Assembly (NCBI RefSeq): GCF_009914755.1
Contig: NC_060926.1
Source of the DNA: the human T2T-CHM13v2.0 reference genome, Homo sapiens
DNA: 64,000 nt
Reading direction: 5' to 3' (one strand)
Positions within the stretch are counted from its first letter, which is position 1, and each line of letters begins with the position of its first letter. A model generated the notes under the pieces. It was not told where the DNA came from and did not search any database. It was given only the letters and a program-made list of their open reading frames with translations. Below, in pieces: positions 47,096-60,190 of the stretch. A program made the position numbers and the translations under genes.

Positions 47096-47864
47096 TGAGA
47101 CACAGGACTAGCTGGATTTCCTAGGCCAAATAAGAATTCCTGAGCCTAGCTGGGGAAGGTGACTACACCCACCTTTAAACACGGGGCTTATAACTCAGCT
47201 CACACCCAATCAATCAGGTAGTAAAGAAAGCACACTAAAATACCAATTAGGCTAAAAACAGGAGGTAAAGAAATAATCAAATCATCTATTGCCTGAGAGC
47301 ACAGGGGGAAGGACAATGATTGGGATATAAACCCCCGGCATTCAAGCCGGGAGTGGGAAGCCCCCTTTGGGTCCCTCCCCTTGTATGGGAGCTCTGTTTT
47401 CACTCTATTAAATCTTGCAACTGCACACTCTTCTGGCCGTGTTTGTTCTGGCTCGAGCTGAGCTTTCGCACACCATCCACCACTGCCATTCGCCACTGTT
47501 GCAGACCTGCCATTGACTTCCACCCCTCAGGGTCCGTCAGGGTGTCCACTGCGCTTCTGATCCAGCAAGGCACCAATTGCCACTCCCGTCTGGGCTAGAG
47601 GCTCGCCATTATTCCTGTGTGGCTAAGTACCTGGGTTTGTCCTAATCGAGCTGAATACTAGTTGCTGGGTTCCATGGTTGTCTTCCATGACCCATGGCTT
47701 CTAATAGAGCTATAACACTCACCACATGGCCCAAGGTTCTATTCCTTGGAATCCGTGAGGCCGAGAACCCCAGGCTTGCTACAATCTTGGGAGCAGCTGC
47801 CACCATCTTGGGAGCAGCCCGCCACCATCTTGGGAGCTCTAAGAACAAAGACCCACCCATAAGA
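47096..47864 (+). promoter_or_regulatory. 5' LTR17
   Basis: Starts TGAGA(C)ACAGGACTAGCTGGATTTCCTAGG; CCAAT boxes, TATA 'gatataaa' near 47325, ATTAAA near 47407. Confidence 0.93.
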
Positions 47865-47866
47865 TT

Positions 47867-47884
47867 TGGTGGCCGGTATGGGGA
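47867..47884 (+). promoter_or_regulatory. Primer binding site complementary to tRNA-Ile
   Basis: TGGTGGCCGGTATGGGGA versus recalled tRNA-Ile(AAT) 3'-end complement TGGTGGCCCGTACGGGGA, 16/18. Confidence 0.85.
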
Positions 47885-48543
47885 TTCTCCAAATCAGTGA
47901 GTAATATTGGACCATTTTGCTTGCTATTCTGTGCTATACTTCCTTAGAATCAGAGGAAATACCAGGCCCCTGTCAGCCAGTTAAAAACAATTAGCATGGC
48001 CACAAGACTTAAGACTCAGGTGTGAGGCTGTCTGGGAAAAGACTTTCTAACAACCCCCAACACTTCTGGGTTGGGAGGGTTGGTCTGCCTGGAACCAGCT
48101 TCCACTTTCACAATTTTCCTGGGGAAGCTGAGGGCTGACTAGAGGGAGAAAGCTGTCGTCCGAAACTCCCAGCATTGGCCAGGGTAAATTTAAAACCTAT
48201 AATTGATAATTGAAGGTCTTCTCCATGATCCTATAGCACTCCAATACTACCTTGTTGTCAGTGTAAACAAGGGCATAGCCTGAAAACACTGAGACCACTG
48301 ACAACCCATAGCCTTCCTATCAAAAATCCTTAACCCAGTAACCCATGGATGGCCCAAATGCATTTAGTCGGTAGCGGCAGCTGCTTAGCTAACAGAAGAA
48401 AGTAGAAAAATAACCTTTAGAGGAAACCTCATTGTGAGCACACCTCACCAGTTCAGAGCTATCCTAAGTCAAAAAAGCAAAAAGGTAGCTTACTAACTCA
48501 AAAATCTTAAAGTATAGGGCTATTCTGTTAGAAAAAGATGATT

Positions 48544-50093
<1,550 letters not shown>

Positions 50094-50807
50094 AGAAAAA
50101 GATGACTTAACATTAACCACTGAAAATTTCCTTAACCCAGCAGATTTCCTAACAGGGAATTTAAATCTTAATTACCATACAAAGGTCCTACCAGACCTAG
50201 GAAGAACTCCCTTCAGGACAGGACGATAGATGGTTCCTCCCAGGTGATTGAGGGAAAAAACCACAGTGGGTATTCAGTAATTGATAGGGAGACTATTATA
50301 GAAGCAGAGTTAGGAAAATTGCCTAATAATTGGTCGCTCAAATGTGCGAGCTGTTTGCACTCAGCCAAGGCTTAAAGTACTTACAGAATCAAAAAACTCT
50401 CTCAATCCTGACTCAGAATCTTACCTACACCCTCTCTGAAATGAATTTGCATAAGAACTGTTGTTTATGGGAATGCATCTTGATGGGGCAGCTGGGTTGT
50501 TATGAAATACTCAGGAATACAGCCCAGCTCTAGGACTCACCCCTGAGTGCAAGGGCAATGTTGGGCATGCTGGTAAAAGATCACTATAATCCAGCAGCCC
50601 AGACCCCTTTCTTTGTGGTCAAGAAAGGCAGGAAAACAGGTGCCAGGACTGCTACATTGGTGAGCGTAACTAATCCGATAAGCAGAGGTCCATGGGTGGT
50701 TACGCACCCTGGAAAGGAATAAGCATTAGGGCCATAGAGGACGCTTTAGGACTAATGCTCATCGGAAAATGACTAGGGGTGCTGGCATCCCTATGTTCTT
50801 TTTTCAG

Positions 50808-51862
50808 ATGGGAAATGTTCCTCCCAAGGATGTTCCTCCCAAGGCCCCTAAGATGTATTCCGGAGAATTTGGCCCAGTCAGTGTGTATGTACCTTTTTCC
50901 CTCTCAGACGTGAAGCAAATTAAAGTAGACCTAGGTAAATTCTCAGGTAACCCTGATGGCTATATTGATGTTTTACAAGGATTAGGACAATCCTTCGATC
51001 TGACATGGAGAGATATAATATTACTGCTAGATCAGACACTAACCCCAAATGAGAGAAGTGCCAGTGTAACTGCAGCCTGAGAGTTTGGCGATCTCTGGTA
51101 TCTCAGTCAGGTCAATGATAGGATGACAACAGCGGAAAGAGAACAATTCCCCACAGGACAGCAGGCAGTCCCCAGTGTAGACCCTCACTGGGATGCAGAA
51201 TCAGAACATGGAGATTGGTGCCGCAGACATTTGATAACTTATGTGCTAGAAGGACTGAGGAAAACTAGGATGAAGCCTATAAATTATTCAGTGATGTCCA
51301 CTATAACACAGGGAAAGGAAGAAAATCCTACTGCCTTTCTGGAGAGACAAAGGGAGGCATTGAGGAAGCATACCTCTCTATCACCTGACTCTATTGAAGG
51401 CCAACTAATCTTAAAGGATAAGTTTATCACTCAGTCAGCTGCAGACATTAAAAAAAAAAAAAACTTCAAAAGTCCGCCTTAGGCCTGAAGCAAAACTTAG
51501 AAACCCTGTTGAACTTGGCAACCTCAGTTTTTTATAATAGAGACCAGGAGGAGCAGGCGGAATTGGACAAATGGGATAAAAAAAAAAAAAAAAAAAAGGG
51601 CACCGCTTTAGTCATGGCCCTTAAGCAAGCAGACTTTGGAGACTCTGGAAAAGGGAAAGGCTGGGCAAATCAAATGCCTAATAGGGCTTGCTTCCAGTGT
51701 GGTCTACAAGGACACTTTAAAAAAGATTGTCCAAATAGAAATAAGCTGCTCTCTCGTCCATGCCCCTTATGTCAAGGGAATCACTGGAAAGCTCACTCCC
51801 CCAGGCAATGAAGGTCCTCTGAGTCAGAAGTCACTAACCAGATGATCCAGCAGCAGGACTGA
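50808..51862 (+). pseudogene. gag: HERV-W gag, deleted and frameshifted
   Basis: MGNVPPK start, 'PFSLSD..QIK.DLGKFS.NPDGY', major homology region 'ITQGKEENPTAFLER', zinc knuckle CFQCGLQGHFKKDC; stops and poly(A)-run frameshifts. Confidence 0.93.
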
Positions 51863-53614
51863 GGGTGCCCAGAGCAAGCACCAGCCCATGTCATCACCCT
51901 CACAGAGCCCTGGGTATGCTTGATCATTGAAGGCCAGGAGGTTAACTGTCTCCTGGACACCGGCATGCCCTTCTCAGTCTTACTCTACTGGCCTGGACAA
52001 CTGTCCTCCAGATCTGTCACTATCTGAGGGGTCCTAGGACAGGCAGTCACTAGATACTTCTCCCAGCCACTAAGTTGTGACTGGGGAACTTTAGTCTTTT
52101 CACATGCCTTTCTAATTATGCCTGAAACCCCCACTCCTTTGTTAGGGAGAGACATCCTAGCAAAAGCAGGGGACATTATACACCTGAACATAGAAGAAGG
52201 AACACACGTTTCTTGTCCCCTACTTGAGGAAGGAATTAATCCTGAAGTCTGGGCAACAGAAGGACAATATGGACTGTGGGAAAGAGAGTTTCTGGGGTGC
52301 CAGTTGAGTTGGTCTCCCCTGTGTGGGACACCCATGGGAAGCCAAGGGTGGCCTCTGTGGAGAAAAGTCTCCTTATTGCCTTCATGTCTTTATGCCCTGA
52401 GAGCATCACTGCTCAGTGGCATTCCACAGGTTGCTCAAGGAGATAACACTCCCTTGAAGCAGTGGAGTATAATCAAACATCTTGGCTCCTCCTGAAACCT
52501 GCTCCCACCCATTTCAGTCCCAATAAGTTAAAGATCTAAAGTAGTTTAGACACATGCCTTTGCTCAAGGAAATTCACAGAAACCCCACTGCTATACATCT
52601 TACCAAATGACTGATGAGTTCTCCTTCACTGATTAATCCTTTTCCTCATCCTTTCCTCCCCCTCCCATCTGCCCTAAGAACAAAGAGCTTGTAAACCAAT
52701 AAATTGGGCGGAGCCCAAGAGTTCTGGGCCGTGAGCAAGCCTCCAAAGCTCCGGTTCCCTGGACATGCCTTTTAAACGCTTATTCTGTCTCTTTCTAACT
52801 CCTTTGTCTCTGCCAGACTCCGGGTACCCGCTGGGTGGTGTGGGGCTGGTTTCCCCAACAATGGATGAGTGAAGAATGCCTATCCTGTTCAAGTTAAGCT
52901 AAAGTATTCTGCCTCCTTTCCCTACCAAAGGCAGTACCCCCTTAGACCCAAGGCCCAACAAGGACTCCAAAAGATTAAGGACTTAAAAGCCCAAGGCCTA
53001 GTAAAACCATGCAATAGCCCCTGCAGTACTCCACTTTTAGGAGTACAGAAACCAAACAGACAGTGGAGGTTAGTGCAAGATCTCAGGATTATCAATGAGG
53101 CTGTTGTCCCTCTATACTCAGCTGTACCTAACCCTTATACTCTGCTTTCCCAAATACGAGAGGAAGCAGAGTGGTTAACAGTCCTGGACCTTAAGGATGC
53201 CTTTTTCTGTATCCCTGTACATCCTGACTCTCAATTCTTGTTTGCCTTTGAGATCCTCTGAACCCAACGTCTCAACTTACCTAGACTGTTTTACCCCAAG
53301 GGTTCACAGATAGCCCCCATCTATTTGGCCAGGCATTAGCCCAAGATTTGAGCCAGTTGTCATACTTGGACACTCTTGTCCTTCAGTATGTGGACGATTT
53401 ACTTTTAGCCACCCGTTCAGAAACCTTGTGCCATCAAACCACCCAAGTGCTCTTAAACTTCCTCGCCACCTGTGACTACAAGGTTTCCAAACCAAAGGCT
53501 CAGCTCTGCTTACAGCAGATTAAATACTTAGGGCTAAAATTATCCAAAGGCACCAGGGCCCTCAGTGAGGAACACATCCAGCCTATACTGGCTTGCCCTT
53601 ATCCCAAAACCCTA
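51863..53614 (+). pseudogene. pol: HERV-W pro-pol (protease and RT), interrupted by a solo LTR and 3'-deleted
   Basis: LLDTG near 51950, 'PTPLLGRDILAK', 'WRLVQDLRIINE', 'VLDLKDAFFCIP', 'LQYVDDLLLA'. Confidence 0.93.
52275..52860 (+). mobile_element. HERV-K-class solo LTR (LTR14C/HML-9-like), 586 bp
   Basis: TGTGGG...CCAACA termini, AATAAA near 52698, 6-bp TSD ATGGAC (52269-52274) and ATGGAT (52861-52866); pol sequence resumes after it. Confidence 0.85.
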
Positions 53615-53898
53615 CTAACTGTTGTAAGTGCCTCCCTCTGCACTTCAGGCCATACATTTCAATCCCCGTATATTTAACCTCCTTGTTAAGTTTGTCTCTT
53701 CCAGAATCAAAGCTGTAAAACTACAAATCGTTCTTCAAATGGAGCCCCAGATGCAGTCCATGACTAAGATCCACCATGGACCCCTGGACCAGCCTGCTAA
53801 CCCTTGCTCCTATGTTGATGACATCAAAGGCACCCCTCCCGAGGAAATCTCAACTGCATAACCCCTACTATGCCCCAAATTCAGCAGGAAGCTGTTAG
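53615..53898 (+). pseudogene. env: HERV-W env remnant (short SU piece fused to TM cytoplasmic tail)
   Basis: 'NPTNCCKCLPLHFRPYISIP' resembles syncytin-family SU; 'IFNLLVKFVSSRIKAVKLQIVLQMEPQMQSMTKI...PPEEISTA' resembles the TM tail. Confidence 0.9.
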
Positions 53899-53956
53899 AA
53901 TGGTTGTCGGCCAAACTCCCCAACAGCACTTGGGTTTTCCTGTTGAGAATGGGGAC

Positions 53957-54742
53957 TGAGAGACAGGACTAGCTGGATTTCCTAGGCTGACTAAGAATTC
54001 CTAAGCCTAGCTGGGGAAGGTGACTGCACCCCCCTTTAAACACCGGGCTTGTAACTCAGCTCACACCTGACCAATCAGGTAGTAAAGTGAGCTCACTAAA
54101 ATACCCATTAGGCTAAAAATAGGAGGTTAAAGAAATAATCAAATCATCTATTGCCTGAGAGCACAGGGGGAGGGACAATGATTGGAGATAAACCCCAGGC
54201 ATTTGAGCCGGGAGTGGGAAGCTGCCTTTGGGTCCCCTCCCCTTGTATGGGAGCTCTGTTTTCACTCTATAAAATCTTGCAACTGCACACTCTTCCGGGA
54301 CGTGTTTGTTCCAGCTTGAGCTGAGCTTTCACTCACCGTCCACCACTGCTGTTCAACACTGTTGCAGACCCACCATTGACTTCCACCCCTCCGGATCTGT
54401 CGCGGTGTCTGCTGAGCTTCTGATGTAGTGAGGTGCCCATTGCCATTCCTGTCCAGGCTAGAGGCTCACTATTGTTCCTGTGTGGCTAAGTACCTGGGTT
54501 CATCCTAATCAAGCTGAACAGTAGTCACTGGGTTCCACGGTTCTCTTCCATGACCCATGGCTTCTAATAGAGCTATAACACTCACCACATGGCCCAAGGT
54601 TCCATTCCTTGGAATCTGTGAGGCCAAGAATCCCAGGTCAGAGAACAAAAGGCCTGCTGCCATCTTAGGAGTGGCCGCCACCATCTTGAGAGCAGCCCGC
54701 CACCATCTTGGGAGCTCTAAGAATAAAGACCCACCTGTAACA
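53957..54742 (+). promoter_or_regulatory. 3' LTR17
   Basis: Direct repeat of the 5' LTR, preceded by degenerate PPT 'gagaatggggac', ends GTAACA. Confidence 0.93.
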
Positions 54743-55017
54743 AAATCAGCTGCCAGTGAATATAAAGCAGGCAGAAAAATGTGAAAAGAGAGACTGGCCT
54801 AGCCTCTCAACCTACATCTTTCTCCTGTGCTGGATGCTTCCTGCCCTTGAACATTGACTCTAGGTTCTTGAGTTTTGGAACTTCACTGGCCTCCTTGCTC
54901 CCCAGCCTGCAGACAGCCTATTGCGGGACCTTGTGATCATGTGAGTTAATGTTTAATAAACTCCCCTGTATAATACATATATTCCATTAGTTCTGTCCCT
55001 GTAGAGAATTCTAATAC
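54743..55017 (+). mobile_element. MLT2A1, 3' part
   Basis: 'cagctgccagtgaatataaagcaggcagaaaaa...attagttctgtccctgtagagaa..ctaatac'. Confidence 0.9.
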
Positions 55018-55089
55018 CCCTTCCTTCCTTTCTCCCTCCCTCCCTTCTTTTCTTCTTTTCTTCTTTTCTTCCTTTCTTACTTTCTCTTT

Positions 55090-55216
55090 TCTTCTTGTTG
55101 AGACAGGGTCCCAGCATGATGTTCAGGCTGGTCACAAACTCCTGGGCTCAAGAGATCCGCCCTCCTTGGCCTCCCAAAGTGCTGGGATTATAGGTGTGAG
55201 CTGCAATGACTGACCC
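55090..55216 (-). mobile_element. Alu monomer (FLAM_C-like)
   Basis: Single left arm 'gagacagggtc...ctcctgggctcaag...cctcccaaagtgctgggatta'. Confidence 0.85.
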
Positions 55217-58200
55217 ACAATCATTTTCTAAGCAACCTCCATCAATTTTTGTGTGCCTAATAATGGCCTAGCTTCTAGGAAAATTAAATCAAATAAGACA
55301 ATGTACCTGTAATCAAAGAGCTTATAGTATATGGAGGAGAAATATTATAAGTCAATTATTATAGTGTAATGCATTAAATATTATTTTAGAAGTGGGGGAA
55401 GAGAGCAAGGTCAGTGTGTATCACATTGTAGGTACTTAATAATTATATATTGAGTAGAATAAATGTGGATTGAAGGACACATAAATGAATGGGTCTAATT
55501 TGACTGTGGATTGATAGAAGGAGCATGGCTCCTCTCTAAAAAAGAGGATGCTTAAAGTAAGCTTCAAAGAATGAAAAAGTATCAGGAGCAGAAGCCTGGA
55601 AGTGCACTCAAGGCAGTCAGAACAAGTGTGACAGATACAGAGAAAGCATAAATACCATTGTGTGTTCAGGTAAATGCTTTCAAATTGATGGAGCAAATAA
55701 TTCATTTTGTGTTATGGCTGAAAACTCAAAACCAGTATTTCTAAAACTGAACTCATGAATTCTTCCTTAAAATTGTTTATTCTTATCATTCTTTCTCTTG
55801 AAAAATAATATCACAAACTAAACAAAAATCTGGATATCACTTTCCTCCTCTAATCTCCCACCTCTATTTAGTTAGTCAGTTTTGCTGCAGATTTTACCTT
55901 CTTATTATCTTTTAGGTATCTCTTCCCTCTTTCCAACAAATTCTTCAGCCAGGTCTCATATCCTTATTCCTTCTTTCCTTCATTCATTCAACAAATATTT
56001 ACCGGGTACCTATTAGTTTACCCACATTGCTAACAAAGTAATATTTCAAATCTATAAATTTGATCATGTCTCTCCTCATGTATTTAGAAAAAGCCATAAA
56101 GACTTAGCTAAAGAATTCAGAGTTTACTCTGCAAGCTAAAGGAATCCATTGAAAGCTGAGAGTGATATGTCTCCATTTGCATTTTAGAAAAACACTAAAA
56201 GGACCAAAGATGGGGCCCTGGAGAACAACTCACTGAGGTGATACATGATAGGAGTGGAGCTGGTGACAGATACTAAAGTGCAATGGAATTAATATTGGAA
56301 GAGCATGGAGTAGCCACAAGAATATGGAGTTTTTAAAGGAGAAAGTTCATAAAGAGATTTTTATCACCTTAACTCTCACCAAGAGAGGGCAGGCTCTCAC
56401 CAATATCTATCTTTCTTCTTTTGGGGCAGTGAGTGAGGCAATTGGAGAGGTTCCTACCTTAGGAGTTGAAGGTAGAATGTGAGGAGTGTCAGAAAATAAT
56501 TCCCTTACTCTGCCCAGCTTTTCATCTCATGACACCTTGGCTTGATACTTAAACCTATGGTAAACAGGAAAGAAAAGCTACAATTTGCAAAGTCAGTCCT
56601 GTTCTCATCATTGTGAATTCACTCCCTGTCACCATCCACCACTCACCATTATCCTCTTTGAACCATGGTGGGCAATTCATATTTTGTTCCCAGAATGATC
56701 TGAAATGGTTGAAAAGAAGACTATATTAAAAAATCTATCTACTATTCTGAATTTTAAGTTTTTTTCTATTCTATTCCATATCTCAAATTGTATTTATTCA
56801 AAATTTAGAAGGAATTACATATTCAGTCAAATTATAGTATAAAAATGTTCCAGATAGCACAATGCCAGCAGTGAAAACATGACCCAAATATTCAAATTCA
56901 GAACACCCTCTAATTATCAAATTGCTAAGGGAAAATTAATACCCAGAATAAATTTGCTTCTAAATTAAATTCCTAAAGAAAACTTAAAATTTATCTCTCC
57001 ATTATGTCTTATTATGCTGATTTTCAATTTGGTTGGAGTTTTAAGTCAATGGGAGTTCCTTCAGCAGCTGTAACCTGCAATTTCTTACACTGGGTTCCTT
57101 TAAAGGGGCTCAGGAATTGATAGGACACACTGGATCATCACAATACTTCTTGGTCAGTCATATGATTGAGAAGCAAAAAGCCTGTAGGTGCCACAGCAGC
57201 AGTACTAGCAAAATAATATAACCATAGTTTAGAACATAATACTATTCAGGCCCTCACCACAGATGTCAGCCAAGGATCATTTATTTAGTAGCATATGGAG
57301 GCTAGATAGAAATAAGAAGATAGAGACATTTTTAGTTTTAGCTTCTCTATGATAGTTGTCAGTTGGCTATCAATAATTTCCACTCTGTAAGTCCAAGGTT
57401 TTTATAGCTGCAAAAACAGAAGTCCAATGAAAAGCAGTAACAGTAACTTGTGCTATGTGCTTCTTCAGAATAAACTTTCATATTTTACATTTTTAATTCC
57501 CTTTTTATTGGTTAATCTTTTTGATTGCAATGGCATTGTCTCTACCATTTATTTTCCTCTAAGCAGGACTCGACTTGTTTCCATTAGGGTCCATTTAGCA
57601 GCACTAAAGAAACACAATGAAGGTGGGCACAAGGAAAGCTCTGTCAGATTTCTTCTACCAACATCCAGGTCATGAAAAGTCTCAACTTCTACAGATCAGG
57701 AGATGTTTACTCTAGTCCAGTACTTCATGTTCCAGGCTGAGATGCCTCCCAACAGTGCATGCATGAAAATTCTGCTCTACCTGGTAAAAGTCTTTCCTGG
57801 TTCTAGCAATGATCTTACTAATTCTATGTATGACCAAATCCTAGAATATATAACAGTGCCTCTCCAGTTTAAGTTCCTCAAAACTCAGGAAAAAAACATT
57901 ATGTTTGCACTTATGATCAGATTACCACTTACTCCATTTGAAGGCTTTGAAATGCCCAACATGACTGCTAAGTTGAATGCTTTTTCCTGATTAAACCTTA
58001 CTGTGGTTCTCAGCTCAAGCACACCACTCAAATTTTTGCTTAAAACTTCACTTGCTCACTGTACTTTTGTGTTTAGCTACATAACCTAAGCCTGTTAACA
58101 TGAACCTGCACTCATGTAGACATCCAGGAAAAATATAAGCTTCTGCTCACTTCAAGTTTCAAAGAACCAAGAAGCGTTCACTTGTTAAAGCTCTTCATTT

Positions 58201-58949
58201 CAGCTACATTAGAAAGTTTAATAGATCCGTGCCATATTTTGATCTAAAACTCAGTCCTGGATCTATTTTCATAGTTTGCCAGCTGATGCACCTTGTGTTG
58301 AGAATTTAGGATGAAAACTGTACTTCTCCCTTAGTTTCGGGGATTCTGAATTGAAAAAATAGGAGTCAGATAAAGATCAAAATATCAGCATCATTTGTTG
58401 AAAAAGTGGATTGGAAAAACTTGGCCTATATTTGAGGCCACAATGGGCCCCTTCTTATTTTCTCCTTGAATTATATTACCCTTCCTACTAGCAGGCACAA
58501 TGGCTGAAAAATTATAGGTTTCACTTTCTCACACTGCCCTGGTGAAAAGCATTCAATAAAGTTTGCAAGCAGGCAACTAGAAAAATAAAAAAATAAGAAA
58601 GGGCATTTCACACAAGAACAGTGACCTTTATTTCATTAGCTCTGCTTATTAGCAACAAAATGCTTACTAGTATTAGAAAGATTTGGGATATGTTGAGTGA
58701 AGACATTGGGAGTGGTTTTTGTCCCAATATTTCCAAAAGTATGAATATTATTATTTTCTGATGTGAGAAGGCATATAAAAGCACAGAGAGGATGATTCCC
58801 CCTGCAGAAGAGATGACAATGTTAAATACCACACACAAAAGTCAAAGGAAAGGTCAAGAAAGACGAGAACAGAAAACCGCTCAGAGAGTCTAACATGGTA
58901 GAGCTTATTGGTAATCTTTTAAATATAAGTTTCTGAAATTCTGCAATTC

Positions 58950-59495
58950 AATAATTCTCAAATGTTATCGTGCTTCAGAATTGCCTGGAGGGCTTGCTAA
59001 AACATAAATTTCTGGGCCTCAGCTTCTCAGAGTATTTGGTCCACCAGTTCTTTGAAAGGAACAGTTGAACTTGCATTTTTAACATTCCGGGGTGTAATAG
59101 TTTGTTTTCACACTGCTATAAAGACATACCTGAGACTGGATAATTTATAAAGAAAAGTGGCTTAATTGACTTACAGTTCTGCATGGCTGGGGAGGCCTCA
59201 GGAAACTTACAATCATAGCAGAAGGAGAAGAGGCAGGTGAGAGCACGAGAAAGAGCAGGGAAAACTGCCTTATAAAACCATCAGATCTCATGATAACTCA
59301 CTCACTATCACAAGAACAACATGGGAGAAAACACACCCATGATCCAATCACCTCCTGCTTGGTCCCTCCTTTGATGGGTGGGGATTATGGAGATTACAAA
59401 TTGAGATGAGATTTGGGTGGGGACACAGAGCCAAACCATATGACCAGGTAATGTTCATGCTGCTGATCTGGGACCACATTTGGAAAACCACTGCT
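58950..59495. mobile_element. MER5A-type MITE split by a THE1 LTR
   Basis: 'cagaattgcctggagggcttgctaaaac' ... 'ccaggtaatgttcatgctgctgatctgggaccacatttggaaaaccactg'. Confidence 0.75.
59093..59443 (-). mobile_element. THE1D/MST-type solo LTR
   Basis: 'tgtaatagtttgttttcacactgctataaag...gagatttgggtggggacacagagccaaaccatatga'. Confidence 0.9.
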
Positions 59496-59778
59496 GTAAA
59501 GTATTGAGAGCAAAAGCCAACGTGCAATTATGGAGTAAATGGCCTATGAGAAAGTAGGAGAATGGTATCTGTATCTTGACTATTCTTTCAAGAAACTTGG
59601 CTATGAAGAAAAGTATAGAGATAAATAAATGTTGGGACGAGAGGTTATATGGAGTTGAGGATAGATTTCCATTAAGTCATGCAGATATCTTCATTCTCAT
59701 GACATTTACTATAATTGAATTGGTTTTGTCACACATTTACAACTGAACACTATTGTAATCTATCTTTTGCAGTGACTA

Positions 59779-60190
59779 TGTGCTGGATATCTTCTATTTG
59801 CCCAAGCAGATTCACTCTCTCCATTATTTTACCATGTTCTGCGAGCTCCCTTGTCATCTGGCTTGCTGTTGGGTTTCGTCAATGGGGACCCCGGCAGAAA
59901 TCAGAGGGAATGAGGAGGATGAGGTTAGAGTATTGTTTCCCTGGCATCCTCCTTGCCAGTTGCCTTGGACTGGCTCTGTTCCATGACAAAAGACCATTGT
60001 TCCTCTCAAGGTGGCCATTTCTAAAAGACTGTATTCTTTCAGATTCTGATAACTGTTGTCTCCTTTAGTTCCTATTATTTGTATCCTTTCCATTCCCTAG
60101 CCAAACTTTTATTAATTGAATAGTCTTTTATCAGACATTCTTTGGATTATTCTATCTTGAGGATACCACCTAGGAAGCTGAATGATATAA
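59779..60190 (+). mobile_element. LTR33-type (ERVL) solo LTR
   Basis: 'gctcccttgtcatctggcttgctgttgggtttcgtcaatggg...ggcagaaatcagaggg' matches recalled LTR33. Confidence 0.7.

Noticed and set aside
53628-53898. Syncytin-1 (ERVW-1) gene
   Set aside because: Only ~280 bp of env remains, with no signal peptide, fusion peptide or TM anchor; it is a paralogous defective HERV-W
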